Source: Mobula hypostoma (taxonomy: Eukaryota). From it: a stretch of DNA of 64,000 nucleotides. The stretch spans positions 41,480,001-41,544,000 of the forward strand of contig NC_086108.1 in the NCBI RefSeq assembly GCF_963921235.1, read 5' to 3'. A program made the position numbers and the translations under genes. This document shows positions 14,585 to 27,128 of the stretch, one piece after another. The notes under the pieces were generated by a model. The model had not been told where the DNA came from and ran no database searches. It was given only the letters and a program-made list of their open reading frames with translations. How positions within the stretch are numbered: position 1 is the stretch's first letter; every line of letters begins with the position of its first letter.

Positions 14585-14780
14585 CTGGCCCAACACACCC
14601 ACATCACTGAATTACACCCATGTGACCAATTAACCCACTAAGCTAGCTGCTTTTGGAATGTGGGAGGAAACCAGAGCACCTGGAGGAAACCCACACGATC
14701 ATGGGAAGAATGTACAGTCTGCTTACAGACAGCTGTGGAGTTGATCCTGGGTCACTGGCCCTGTCATAGTATTACAGTGC
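14585..14780 (-). mobile_element. V-SINE-like element
   Basis: ggaatgtgggaggaaaccagagcacctggaggaaacccac core, also seen at ~16985 and ~36190. Confidence 0.75.
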
Positions 14781-15734
14781 TACTTTACAATACTTTTTAA
14801 CATTGGATAAAAGAAGAGGTGCATTTAAAAAACAGTGACAGAAAAAAAATTGACATCGGTATTTCTCAGACAGAAAGAGATGTTATATGTTCAATGAACA
14901 ATATTGTCTGATCGCATAGTTTAAGTTTTACAGGTATTTCAAATATTTTAACTATCCGGGCATCTAAATTATATTTGTTCACGGCACTGAGTGCGAATCA
15001 GTTCTCAATGGCATTTCTCTACATGCTGCCAATATTAGTCATTTGAACATATTCAAGAAAGTTAGCCAGTTAAAATAAGTACAAAAAAACCAGATGATTA
15101 TGTTAATTATTATATTTAGCTCTATGGATTTAAACAACATTGAAACAAATGTACAAAACAGAATGTATGGTAAAGTTAGTCATGATTCTTTGTAGCAGGT
15201 TTGATTTTTTTAAAGGGTAACAACATTTTCTTTTTCCAGAACAATAACAGAACTGTACTTACCATTTAATGTGTAACTAAACCCTAGTGAATGAGTATGG
15301 AGTAATCGATAAGGCTGGAGCTGAGTCAATGCCTGGGAATATTTCCAATCTGAGGCACTTAGCATTTACAAATGAGTAATTTTTTTTCCATCTCACCATG
15401 TACAAATTATGAATATAAATTGGAAGTTTCTTCGCCTTCTCGGTGCTTTCCCAAAGATAGCAAGAGAATTAGAAACTTTAACCAGGGCTTCTCGGCCAAC
15501 TTCAGCTCTACCTCTCTCAGCCAAACCACAACTCTCCCAGATGATGGGTGAAATTAGAAACCAGGGGAAACTGAAAAAGCTTCTGTGTGTCGATGGTCTC
15601 ACAACTAATCCCCTTTATTTATAGGCAGTAATGTTTTCTGCAACGCAGGGTATTGGAGAAAGTAAGTTAATATGGACTGAAAACTGGCGGCCACATGGAA
15701 ACAAAGGATTGAAATAAATGAGCAATGGGCAGTC

Positions 15735-16010
15735 TCCTGGAAGAACTCAGCAGGCTGAGCAACATCTGTGGGCAGAAAGGAACTGTCAATGTTTCCATCT
15801 GAAACCCTGCGTCAGGACAGAGTGTACAGAGGGAAAATAGCCACTGGAGACAGAGAGTGGGCAGACAGAGGTCAGCGCTGGATAGAGGTGGGGGAGGGCA
15901 CTATTGAATGATCATGGGCAGATGGAATCACATAGGGGAGAGTGAGGACAAGGGCTGGAATTGGAAGACCAAATAGATGGAAGAAACAAAAAATAGGAAG
16001 AAGAATGAAC
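15735..16010 (-). mobile_element. Penelope-derived 3' repeat arm (hammerhead-like at 15783-15820)
   Basis: Minus strand CTGTC-CTGACGC-AGGGTTTCAGATG-GAAACATT-GACAG. Pairs as an inverted repeat with 17741-17940. Confidence 0.65.
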
Positions 16011-16049
16011 CAGCAGTTGGGCTCAGTCCACCAATAGTAGAACTCTTAC

Positions 16050-17738
16050 AATAATCTCGGTTTCAAGGAATGGTTCAGAAAGACTGGAAAATTGCAAATG
16101 TCACTCCATTATTTAAGAAGGGACGGAGGCAAAAGGCAGGAAATTATAATCCAGTTAGCTTGTCTTCAGTGGTTGGGAAGATGTCAGAGTCCGTTATTAA
16201 AGATGACATTTCGGGAGATAAAATAGGCCGAAGTCAACACGGTTTCCTCTACGGGAAATTTTGCCTGACAAATCTGTTGGCATTGTCTGGTGAAGTAACA
16301 CGCCATGGCGGAGTTAAAGAGTGGGAATGAAGGGGGTCTCTTCTAGTTGGCTGCTAGTCACTAGTTGTTTTTCACAGGGGTTGGTGTTGGAACCACTTCT
16401 TCTCATGTTGCACTGGGTGAGCACAGCTTTACTGCACCTGTGCACCAGCCCAATACCTCCTGTACCTAATAAAGTGGCCACAGAGTGCATGCAGTATGTC
16501 AATGATTTGGATGGCTTTGTGGACAAGTTTGTGGATGCTACAAAGAGATGTGGAGGGGCGGGTTGTATTCAGGAAGCTGGGACTCTGCAGAAGGATTAGA
16601 CAGATTAGGATAATGGTCAAGTAAGTGGCAGATGGAATATGATGCACAGTCATGCACATTGGTAGAAGGAAAAAAGACATAGACTATTTTCTAAACAGGG
16701 AGCAAATACAGAAATCAGAGGTGCAAAGGGACTTGTGAGTCCTCCTGCAGGATTCCCCAAAAGTTAACTTGCAGGTTTAATCAGAAGTAAGTTGGCAAAT
16801 GCAATGTTGGCATTCATTTTGAGAGGACTAGTGTACTTATTTATTTATCTATCATTTATTTAACTTCACAGCATGGAGTAGGCACTTCTGGCCCTTCAAG
16901 CCACAGCACCTCAGCAACCCCACAACTCTAAACTAATCACGGCACAATTTACCAAGACCAATTAACCTATCCGGTGCATAGTTGGACTGTGGGAGGAAAG
17001 CAGAGCACCTGGGGAAAATCCAACCATTCCATTAAAGGGCAAACAGAGACTCTTTACAGAACAGCACCAGAATTGAACTCCAAACTCCAGAACATCCCGA
17101 GCTGTAATAGTGTCATGCCAACCACTACACTACCGTAAAAACAAGGATGTAATGCCAAGGCTTTATAAGGCATTGGTCAGACCACACTTGGAGTATTGTG
17201 TACAGTTTTGGGCCACTTATCTAATCAATGTTGAAATGGCATTGAAGAGGGTTCAGAGGACATTCACATAAATTATCCTGGGAATGAAAGGGTTAACATA
17301 TGAGGAGCATTTGATGGATCTGGGCCTGTACTCACTGGAGCTTAGGAGAATGAGGAGGGATCTTATTGAAACCCAATGAATATTGAAAGGCCTAGATAGA
17401 GTGAACATGGAGAGGATGATTGCTATAGTAGGGGAGTCTAGGACTGGAGGGCACAGCCTGGGTATACAAGGGTATCCCTTTAGAACAGAGATGAGGAGGA
17501 ATTTCTTTAGCCGGGGTTGGTGAATCTGTGGAGTTCATTGTCACAAGCAACTGTGGATGCCAAGTCAATTGGTGTATTTAAAGCGGAGGTTGATTAGTTC
17601 TTGATTAGTAAGGGCATCAAAAGTTACAGGGGGAAGGAAGGAGAGTGGGTTTCAGAGGGATAATAAATCAGCCATGACCGAATGACGGAGCAGATTTGAT
17701 GGGTCAAATGGCCTAATTCAGCTCCTGTGCCATGGTCT
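16050..17738 (+). mobile_element. Degenerate CR1 LINE RT/3' part with nested Tc1-type fragment (~16410-16490) and SINE (~16860-17136)
   Basis: DWKIANVTPLFKKG...GNYNPVSLSSVVGK, SQHGF, QGLVLEP, FVDATK. Confidence 0.88.
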
Positions 17739-17740
17739 TG

Positions 17741-17940
17741 TCAGCACTAGCCTCTGTCTTACCACTCCCCCTCTCCTATTTGTACTGGCTAATTCCCTCC
17801 CTGCACTTTCATTCCTGATGTAGAGTTTCAAATTGAAATGTTCACACTACCTTTCTCCCACCAATGCTTCTTAACCCATGAAGTTTCTGGAGCAGAAAGT
17901 GTTGCTCCAAATCCCAACGTCTGCTGTCTCTTGTGTCTCA
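17741..17940 (+). mobile_element. Penelope-derived 3' repeat arm, decayed
   Basis: attcctgatgtagagtttcaaattgaaatgtt... followed by the family's 3' terminal motif. Confidence 0.6.
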
Positions 17941-17999
17941 GTTGAAATAAAGAAGCTTTTTTCAGGCAGTTTGTTCTTAGCCCTTAATTACATAATATT

Positions 18000-18890
18000 T
18001 ACATTAATGGCCTGGAGAATAAAACAAAATGCAAGGCTTTCAAATTTGTCAATGATATGAAAATAGTTGGAAAGGAACATTGTGATAAGGACATTGTGAT
18101 CCGTAAAACCATAAGATCATAGGGTGTACTGTAGGAGCAGAATTAAGCCATTCAGCCCATTGAGTCTGCTCCACCATTTCATCATGGCTGATCCAATTTT
18201 CCTCTCAGCCCCAATCTCCTGCCTTCTCCCTGTATCCTTTTGTACCCTGACCAATCAAGATTTGGCAATGAGCTACAGACAGACTGAGTAATTGGACACA
18301 AACCCGGAAAGTGAAGTTTAATGCGAGGAAGTGTGAGGTTATGCACTTCCGTAAGAGAGAGGGAGACAGCAAATGAGCAAATTTCAGAGGAATCTAGGTG
18401 TTCCAGTGTACAAGTCACAAAATGTTAGCAGGCAGCTCTAGCAAGCTAAGGTGGCAAATGGCATCTCGGACATCATTGTAGAGAGATGGCAAATTAAGAA
18501 TAGAAAGATTTCACAATTGTATAGGATGTTGGAGTGGCTAAATCTAAAATGCTGCAAGTAATTTTCCTCCCTTACCAAACAAAAAAGAATATTGTAGCAC
18601 TGAGTTTGCACAATAGAGATTCACCAGGCGAATGCTGAGATGAGAGGGTTGTCCTATCGAGAGAGGTTAGGAAGTTTTGATCTGTATTCCTTGGAGTTTA
18701 GAAAATACGGTGACCTTATTCAAGTATATAAGATCCTAAGGAAACTTGACAAGGTAAGTTTTCTGATGCTTTCACCAGTGGGGAAGTAACAAATAAGTGG
18801 ACATGCCTGCAAAATAAGGAAGTGACCAATCATTTAAAACTGAGAAATTTCTTCTCTCAGAGGACAGTGAATCTCTTGAATTTTCTGGTA
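18000..18890 (+). mobile_element. Old CR1 3' region; resumes at ~21610-21800 after a Rex/Babar insertion
   Basis: gtgaagtttaatgcgaggaagtgtgaggttatgcactt and tattccttggagtttaga are typical CR1 C-terminal segments. Confidence 0.7.
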
Positions 18891-18892
18891 CT

Positions 18893-21600
18893 GAGTCAGA
18901 ATCAAAATCAGATTTAATATCACCGCCATATGTCAAGAAATTTATTGTTTTGCAGTAGCAGTACATTACAATACATAGTAATAAAAATGATAAATTATAA
19001 TTACATATACAAGTATATAAAAAAGAGAGAGATAAAAATACTGAGGAAGTGTTCATGGGTTCAGTACCCATTTAAAAATCTGATGGTGCAGGGGATGATG
19101 CTGTTTCAGAAACTTTGAGTGTGTGCCTTCAGTTACCTGTATCTCCTTCTCGATGGTAGCAATGATGGTTGCCGTTTTCTGATCCTGCCTGGCACACCCC
19201 CCCCCCCCACCATTCCAGACAGTGATGCAACCAGTTAGAATGCTTTCCACAGTACATCTGTAGAAATGTGTGAATGTCCTTGGTCACATACCAGTCTCCT
19301 TAAATTCCTAATGAAATATAGATGCTGCCATGCCTTCTTTGTAATTGCATCAACATGTTGGGTCCAGGCTTGATCTCCAGAGATGTTGACACCCAGGAGC
19401 TTGAAACTGCTCACCCTTTCCACTGCTGATCCCTCATTGAGAACTGGTGTGTGTTCCCTCAACTTCCCCTTCCTAAAGTCCACAATCGATTCTTTGGTCT
19501 TACTGATGCTGAGTGAAAGGTTGCCGTTGTGTCACCATGCAAACAGCTGATCTATCTCCCTCCTGTACACCTCTCCATCACCATCTGAAATTCTACTAAC
19601 AATAGTTGTGTCATCCGAACATTCATAAATGGCATTTGAGCTGTGTCTAGCCACACAATCAAGGGTGTAGAGAGAGCAGGGCAGTGGGCTAACCATGCGT
19701 CCTTGAGGTGTGCCTGTGTTGATTGCCAGCAAGGAGATGCTATTTCCAATCCGCACAGACTGTGGTCTCCCAGTGAGGAAGTTAAAGGTCCGATTGCAGA
19801 AGCAGGTACAGAGGCCCAGGTTTTGGAACTTGGTTATTAGAGCTGTGGGTAGGATTGTGTTGAATGCTGAGCTATAATCAATAAACAGCAACCTGATGTA
19901 GGCATTACAATTATCCAGCTGAACCAAGGCCAAAAAGAGAGCCAGGAGATTGCATCCACTGTTGACCTGTTGAGGGGATAGGCAGATTGCAGCAGGTCCA
20001 CGTTCTTGCTTAGGCAGGAGTTGATTCCAGCCATGACCAACTGCTCAATGCGCTTCATCACAGCAGACGTGAGTGCCACTGGACAACAATCATTGAGAGA
20101 GCTCACCTTACTCTTCTTGGGCACTAGTACGATTGTCACCCTTTTGAAGCAGGTGGGAACCTCTGACTGCAGCAGTGAGAGATTGAAGATGTCCTTGAAC
20201 GCTCCCACCAGCTGGTTGGCACAGGTTTTACAGAACCCTGCCAGGTACACCATCAGGGCCTGATGCCTTGCAAGGGTTCACCCTCTTGAAAGATGTTCTG
20301 ACATCGGCCTCCGAGACTGTGACTGCAGGGTCACCTGATACCGCAGGTGTAGTTTTGCTCTCCCTTTCAGAGCATGCATAAAAGGCGTTGAGCTCATCTG
20401 GGAGCGAAGCATCACAGCCATTCACGAAATTAGGCTTTGCTTTGCAGGAGGTAATGGCCCGAAATCTCTGCCAGAGCTGACATGCATCCAATTCCATCTC
20501 TAACCTCAATTGGAATTGGTTTTCGCCCTTAAAATAGCCTTCATTACGTTGTACCCGGACTTCATACATAACGCCGGATCACTGGTCTTGAATGCCACCG
20601 ATCTAGCCCTCAGCAGACTAGAAATCTCCTGGTTCATCCACAGCTTTTGGTTAGGGTATGTCTGGTATGTTCTTGAAGGCACTCACACACTCATCCACAC
20701 AGGTCTTAGTAAAGTTGGTGACAACTGTGGCATATTCATTCATACTTGAAGATGCATCCCTGAATATAGTCCAGCCCACCGACTCAAAGCAGACTGTAAG
20801 TACTGCTCAGCCTCCTTTGACTGTACCTTCATGGTCCTCACCACAGGTGCTGCAGACTTTACTCTCTGCCTATACGCTGGGAGTAGAAGTACAGCCAGGT
20901 GATTGACCTTCCAAAGGGTGGGCATGAGATGGCACCATCTGTGTTCTGGATGGTGATATAACAATGGTCACGTGTGTTGGTTCCTCTGGTTCCACAGGTG
21001 ATATGTTAGTGGTAGTTGTTCAGAGCCTACTTCAAGCATGTCTGGTTGAAATCTCCTGCAGTGACAGGGAAGGAATCAGGGTGCACAGTTTCGTGCCTGC
21101 TGATTATGAAGCTTAGCTCCTCCAGTGGCTTCCTGACATTGGCTTGAGGGGGAATGTACACCACTCCTAGGATGATGCCAGAAAACTCCCTCGATCAGTT
21201 GAGCAGGACTGAGACAGAACCACCAGATTTGTGTCCTATTATGAGTTAATAATATGGTCCACCTCCTCTGCCTTTAAAAGACTAAGCTGTCCTGTATTTG
21301 CAGAGAATGGTGAAGCCATTGGGCAGCAGTGCTGCATCCTAAATCTGGGTGTAAGCTATATTTCCATAAAGTAGATCACACAGCAGTCCCTGATGTCACT
21401 CTGGTGTAGCAATCTTGCTCTGAGGTTTTCAATTTTATCCAGAGACTCTACATTCACGAGCAGGATAGTTCGGAATGGAAGTCGAAGGCCTCTGTGTTTC
21501 AGTCTAAATTGTAGACCAGTGCGGCCTCCTCACTTCTGTTTTTTCTGCACTCGTAATCTGAGTCTGCTGTCTGAAGTTTGTCGGTTTTGAGTATCAATAG
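18893..21600 (-). mobile_element. Degenerate Rex1/Babar-type LINE, most of its length
   Basis: Minus-strand ORFs VNPCKASGPDGVPGRVL, FKDIFNLSLLQSEVPTCFK, YIRLLFIDYSSAFNTI, TGTPQG, ESILTGCITVW. ATTCTG-like tail near 18895. Confidence 0.9.
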
Positions 21601-24516
21601 AATTTTTAAACGTGAGTGAAGGCCAGATCAATAGATGTAATTTAAGGTAGAGACAGGATACATATTTGAAAGATTGAAGAACTGAGAGTTATAAGGAACT
21701 GGCACAGAAGAGTTGAGACCAGCACAGATCACTCATGATAATATGGAATGGTAAGGCAGTCTTGAGAGACGTGGTGAACTATTCTTGCTTTTATTTCTTT
21801 GTTTTGTTCTAGTTGGTTATCTTGGTGCAATATTTCTGAGTTGTTTTCTTTTGAATGACTTGAAGCTAGATGAAAGTGAATGGGTGTGCACTCAAATTAT
21901 CATGTTTATCAAAAACTTCATTGATTGCAAGATAATTATTAAAGTGGACAGGACTGATCCACAGAATAGTTATTAAAATTATGAAACATCTAGAGCTTTT
22001 GGCTCCAATTTACAGTCAGTGGCACAAAAAAACACTGAAGCCCTGGCTGTGGTTGAGTCAGGTACTTAACCGCTGAATGTGATCTTTTGACCCTCTCTCA
22101 GCACCTAAATCCCTTCTGTTGAGACGGAGGCCTGCAACATCTCCCATTCCTGTTCTTGTGGTTAATCATTTCTCTGCCATTATCTGAACATGATTCTTAT
22201 CTCTTCTGCTTATCGGTTTATAACAGGGCCGCCTTATCAGCCTGCGCGCATAATGTGGCCAAGCCTCGTCGGTTTTCCACTCTCTCTGACTGAAGCCCAG
22301 TTGGAATGGCTCGCATGGTTTACTGCAGGTCATTGATCATGGAAGCCGTTCAGAGTCCGGCCAGGCACATGCGCTGCATCCTCCCAAAATCTTGAATGAT
22401 ATTTCAATTTCAGTTCTTGTGAAAGTTACAACTGTTGCATGTTCTCGTCCAAGGTCGCCAAAGTTTACAAGCCGACTCAGTGCCGTTTGATGTTACAGGT
22501 TGCACATTCAAGGGCACATCGGTAGTCAATTATGTCCAGTGGCCCTCCCTCCAGCATCACACAGGCGTCTATCAGTTCTAACCTGGCGATTGTTGGTAAG
22601 TGGTATTTATTGGTGGTTCAGCCTCTGAATGGGAAGGGTATACAGAGCGGGCGACACCCGAGCATGCTACAGGTGGGTGACACCCCGCACGTCTCCGCTG
22701 GGTGCTGGGGAAACAGAAATCAGCGGGTCGCGAAAGTGGGAATCTTACATAGTCCTTCAACAACCTACGCGTGTGGGCCTCCTCAGACTGATAGTGACTC
22801 GGAAAGTTTTCAGAGACCTGGCAAACAAATGGTAAATGTATGCCTTTCTTTCACTGGCTTCTAGTTATTTAAACTCTCTGTGATATTGATACATTTAAGT
22901 GCGTTGTCACACCTTTGCAATTCCGCCTTGCTATCTGGAACCCAGAATTCACTTCACGGCGCTGCGTGTCTTTAGTTCTACGGAGACAAACGCGCTCGTC
23001 AAAATGCCCAGATCGATTAGATGATTTTCTTTGTATAGGGATTATAGAGGGGAGGAGGTCATAGATGACCCTAGTCCACTGGAAATGCAAGAGGTCTTTC
23101 AGGTCCCCTGAATAATATATCAATGATCTTAGTGCGTCCATTGATGAGGGGAATTGTTGTAAAACGCGTTGTTTCGGGCACAGTGAAAGCGCGACCACCT
23201 GCGCGCAAAACGATTTGGGTCTTCATCGCTGAGACCATAAGGTTGCGCTTCTGTTTAACGATCGGACACCTGGACCCAGTCCTGAAGTTAAGGTTTTGCG
23301 AGTGGACAACAAGCTCCCCCACAACCGTCATCGTGGTCCCGGAGAGGTGAATGGCCGCGTGTTAACGTAAGGCACTCCCGGTTTTATGTGTCCAGGAACG
23401 CGCGGGCAGCGCCGGAAACTTCACCCCGGCTAGCTGAGCACCCAAATGCAGTTTCTCGGCTTTAACGGATTTTATATACATTCAAAGTGTCCGAAATTAG
23501 CAGGAAAATATGCAACTATCGACATTGCGTTGTGGTCTGCTCTTTAGACAGAATTCAGAATAAACTTCAAGTACTCCCTCATAAAATCGTGCCCCCGAAT
23601 GGTACCATTTGTGTGTGTGTGCTTGTGAAGAAAAGACACGTTGAGGCAGACATGTTTTTAGTTAAGATTTAACTTGTAATATTTAGTTTACTCTGCTAGA
23701 AAGTGAAACTATTGGCGTGTTTTTTTTTAAAGTTTGAGTGCCACCAAGAGGCTTCGCACAGCCGTGAAGGCAGTGGCGGTGGGGGTGGGGAGGTGGAGAG
23801 GAGAGATATTCTCCTGTCACACTGCTGACGGTGGATCTGAAATTGTCGCGACCTCTTCCCTTTTCAAAATGCAAAAACGCCTAGGAGCAGAGATGGGAGA
23901 TGCGTTCGGGAGTTGTATAGTTGTGAGGGAAGTAAATACTAAACAAATTGGTAGAAAATCAAGGTAAAGAACATATAAAATTAATGTATTTCGAGATGGG
24001 CGTTTAGGCGCTTGCAGCGCCATGAATAATTGATATCATCGCATTATTATAGTAGTTACTTAGCATTATGCAACTGTCCATCACGGAAGTGTCGATGGTT
24101 TTATTAGTAAGTGTACAGATCGACTGACAGATAATCTGATAGAAACTTGATCGGCATATGCTGATAAATGGTTGATGGAAAGCCGTGGAAATTCCATCGC
24201 TGACCACAGTCGTAATGACGTGAACGTGCCCAGCAAAATATTTAACTATGCAAAATATAACACCTTGTTCTAGTTAGACTGCGCTTTCTTTAAATAGTTG
24301 TTATCAGCTAATTGTTACTCGGTGATTTGGCAATACATCTTTATTATTTAGATATATTGATCAAGTTGAGAGAAAAGTGCTGATAAGCAAATGAAACTAT
24401 TACCTGTGTAAGCCTAGTTGGAAAAGAGAATAATAATTAAATTTGGTCCTGTGTTTTAGTCTTGTTTCTGTTGGCTTTGTTCGCAGATTCCCGAGAGCTG
24501 ACTGTAATGCACAGGC

Positions 24517-24520
<4 letters not shown>

Positions 24521-24564
<44 letters not shown>
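24521..24564 (+). repeat. (GA)22 microsatellite
   Basis: Direct reading. Confidence 0.97.
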
Positions 24565-24567
<3 letters not shown>

Positions 24568-26574
24568 CCAAGTATGTGAGCTGTCAGAGCCGAGAAAAGA
24601 ATAGCCCGGCAATATTAATGACCATTTCTTTTCAAAGGGACAGTGCGACTTAAATTTGGGCCACGTCGCCCTAGCTACTGTTACATCCGCACTGGAGCTA
24701 TTGAGCAGCTCATTATTTGGTTGGGCATACGTGGAGTTGGTTGAACTCACGTGAAGTGACAAAAATCGCTCGCAGTCGTTTAATGGTTAAAATTGTAAAC
24801 TAATACCACAACCAGGTGCAAAATCCTAGAACTGAGAAAGTGGGAGCTGTTCATTGCTAGTTTTTTTTTAGTACAAATTCTGTAATTAATTGGCAAAAGA
24901 AACATGAATTTATATGGAGCCTTTCACAAACTCAGGGCACCCCAAAACTGTTCTACAGGCACATTAGGATGGTGAACGAGAGTTACTAATTTGTACGCTT
25001 CATAAACAACAATGCGATAACGACCCATTTTTAGTATTATTGATTAATAGATAAGTATCAACCAGGACTCTGGGGCTATCTCCCAGGATCGTAATCGAAC
25101 ATGCGTGTTGAGACTATCTTAGTCTACTACAGACAGGACTTCGTTTAACGATTCACCCGAAACATCCGACGTAGCAGGTACTGGACGGGGATTGTAAATC
25201 TAGATTTTCATGCTCACACCCTCGGAACTCAAGCAAAAGAGCTGCCTGTGAGCCGCGGCTGACACCTCGGCTCATAACAGGTGAAATAGTCACATCTTCT
25301 ATGTTTATTTCTGCTTGTCGCAACTCCACTCCACCCCACCTCCCACCCAGTAAAACGCCACTGTAAGAATAAAAGGTCTTTGGCCTACAAAGTTAGTCAG
25401 CGGATATGTATTTTTCGATGATGTTCAATAATTTAAACAGGGAATATTTTGCAAGTATCAAAGTTGCAACATCGAATGCATTGCGCGGTAAATCCGTCTC
25501 CAAATTAAACTAAGTAGTTTATACGAGCAGAGTGGCGGATTTTTCTCGGTGCTTCGTTAAGACCTGACGCAGTGCTGGGTGATGCTATGCGGGTCACCTG
25601 AAGCTTTTCCGCATTTCATTAACTTCCTTCAACATCCACTGTAAAATGTTCTTTAGATTCTCACTAAGCATACCATCTAAGTTGACGGGAACTGTAGATA
25701 TCAAGGTTGTATTTATGTGCGGAATTGTATTTCGGACATCAATTCACACGAATAACAACATGTCTAAATGCTATCAAAGATTCTTCAAAATATTCTATAG
25801 TTTACCAAACTTGTATATGGGATAACATTCCAAGAAACATTATATATTTGTGCTGTTGAAGCATAATAAATGGACTGTTATATTTCTGATGCTTCATGGA
25901 AGGCGTTGAGATGTGTAGATGAGTTGCGAAGAAAACGGGGTGCAAAATCTCTATTTTGAATAATTGACGACCTGACGCTTTGGAAACAGTCAGATGTAAG
26001 TCTCTAAACTAAAACTAAAAAACGACAGCTTTGAGCTTGTTGAATCTGTCAGTTCACACCTGTGCGGAGCTACTTGCTGAGCCTGCATCATCTGACGTCC
26101 TAATGAAGCTGCACCAGTTCGGATTCAGGTTGATATCTGCTCGAGTCCACATAGTCGGAGCGAATTTCTCAAATCCGCACCTGTTTATCGAGTGACTGAA
26201 CTGCCTGTATCTCACCTGATGCAAAGCCCATTTCAGCACAGAAATCGCTGACGTTTATATTTAATTTTTCATTGAATAATGTTAGGATGATGCAGGAATA
26301 TTAAACAACGTTGTGAAGCTTATAATATTCTATAACATGCAAAGGGATTTATTATTAAATGAATAAAACTGCAGATACTGAATATAAAACAGAAAATCCC
26401 ATAAACAGCAGGTCAGAGCGCAGCGTTATGATTTCACCAGAATGAGTTTTTATTTGGATTTACCATTAGATTGTGTTAATGTCACGAATCACTGATACGG
26501 GGAGAGGCAGCAAGGATATTATTGTGATTTAATTTTCTTATTCCTTGTTCCTGGAGGACTGTTGATATTATGGA

Positions 26575-26790
26575 AGGGCAGGGGTGGGCTCTGGGGTGGG
26601 GCGATGGTGCTGAGTAGAGGCGGTGCCCTTGTTGCTAAGTGTTTCTCCATTGGTTCACCGAACCTGATGCTGGGTCCGGCTGAAGAGCCGATTGGTCAGC
26701 GGGCTCCGAGTGGCTTGTAATCAAGGTCGGGAAAGCGCGGGTGAGGAGGAAGCGAAAGATTCCAACTTCATACAACCTCTCAATGTATTA
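26575..26790 (+). promoter_or_regulatory. Probable proximal nr5a2 promoter: GC/GT box, two inverted CCAAT boxes, NR5A element
   Basis: GGGGTGGGGC at 26593-26602; ATTGG at 26649 and 26691; TCAAGGTCG at 26721-26729. Lies ~250-400 nt upstream of the MLPK exon, inside the CpG-rich domain. Confidence 0.55.
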
Positions 26791-26999
26791 GCAACACGCA
26801 AGGCAGAATTGGCCTCTGTCAGTCTGATCTGGGGGGGGAGGGGAGGGATACGATGCCTTCCGATTTTTCTGCAATACACGTTAACCAGTGCAAACACACA
26901 CACACTGACACACCGCTCGGTTAGTTGCGTTCGATCTCATCTGCAAGTCAAGTCAAGCCAGCCTCTCGTTTCTATCGCGCTGTGTCTTTCCCCGTTCAG

Positions 27000-27128
27000 G
27001 TCTTCGGGTACTGGACGCAGTGTCGCCCCACGGCCAGGCGGGGAATAGTGTCATGCTGCCCAAAGCCGAGGCAGAATCCATTGGCATTGCACGATCGCAT
27101 GGGGAACGGATGCCCGAAACAATGCACG
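27000..27128 (+). CDS. nr5a2: nr5a2 N-terminal exon (equivalent of human exon 2), with in-frame ATG at 27053 (MLPKAEAESIGIARSHGERMPETMH)
   Basis: Acceptor tctttccccgttcag ends at 26999; donor G|gtaagg at 27129. Length is 129 nt, phase 1-1, with an open frame. Peptide resembles vertebrate NR5A2 MLPKVETEALGLARSHGEQGQMPENMQ. Missed by the ORF track. Confidence 0.88.

Noticed and set aside
22532..23350. Several overlapping 60-110 aa ORFs in the CpG-rich region
   Set aside because: No recognisable motifs; expected by chance in GC-richer sequence.
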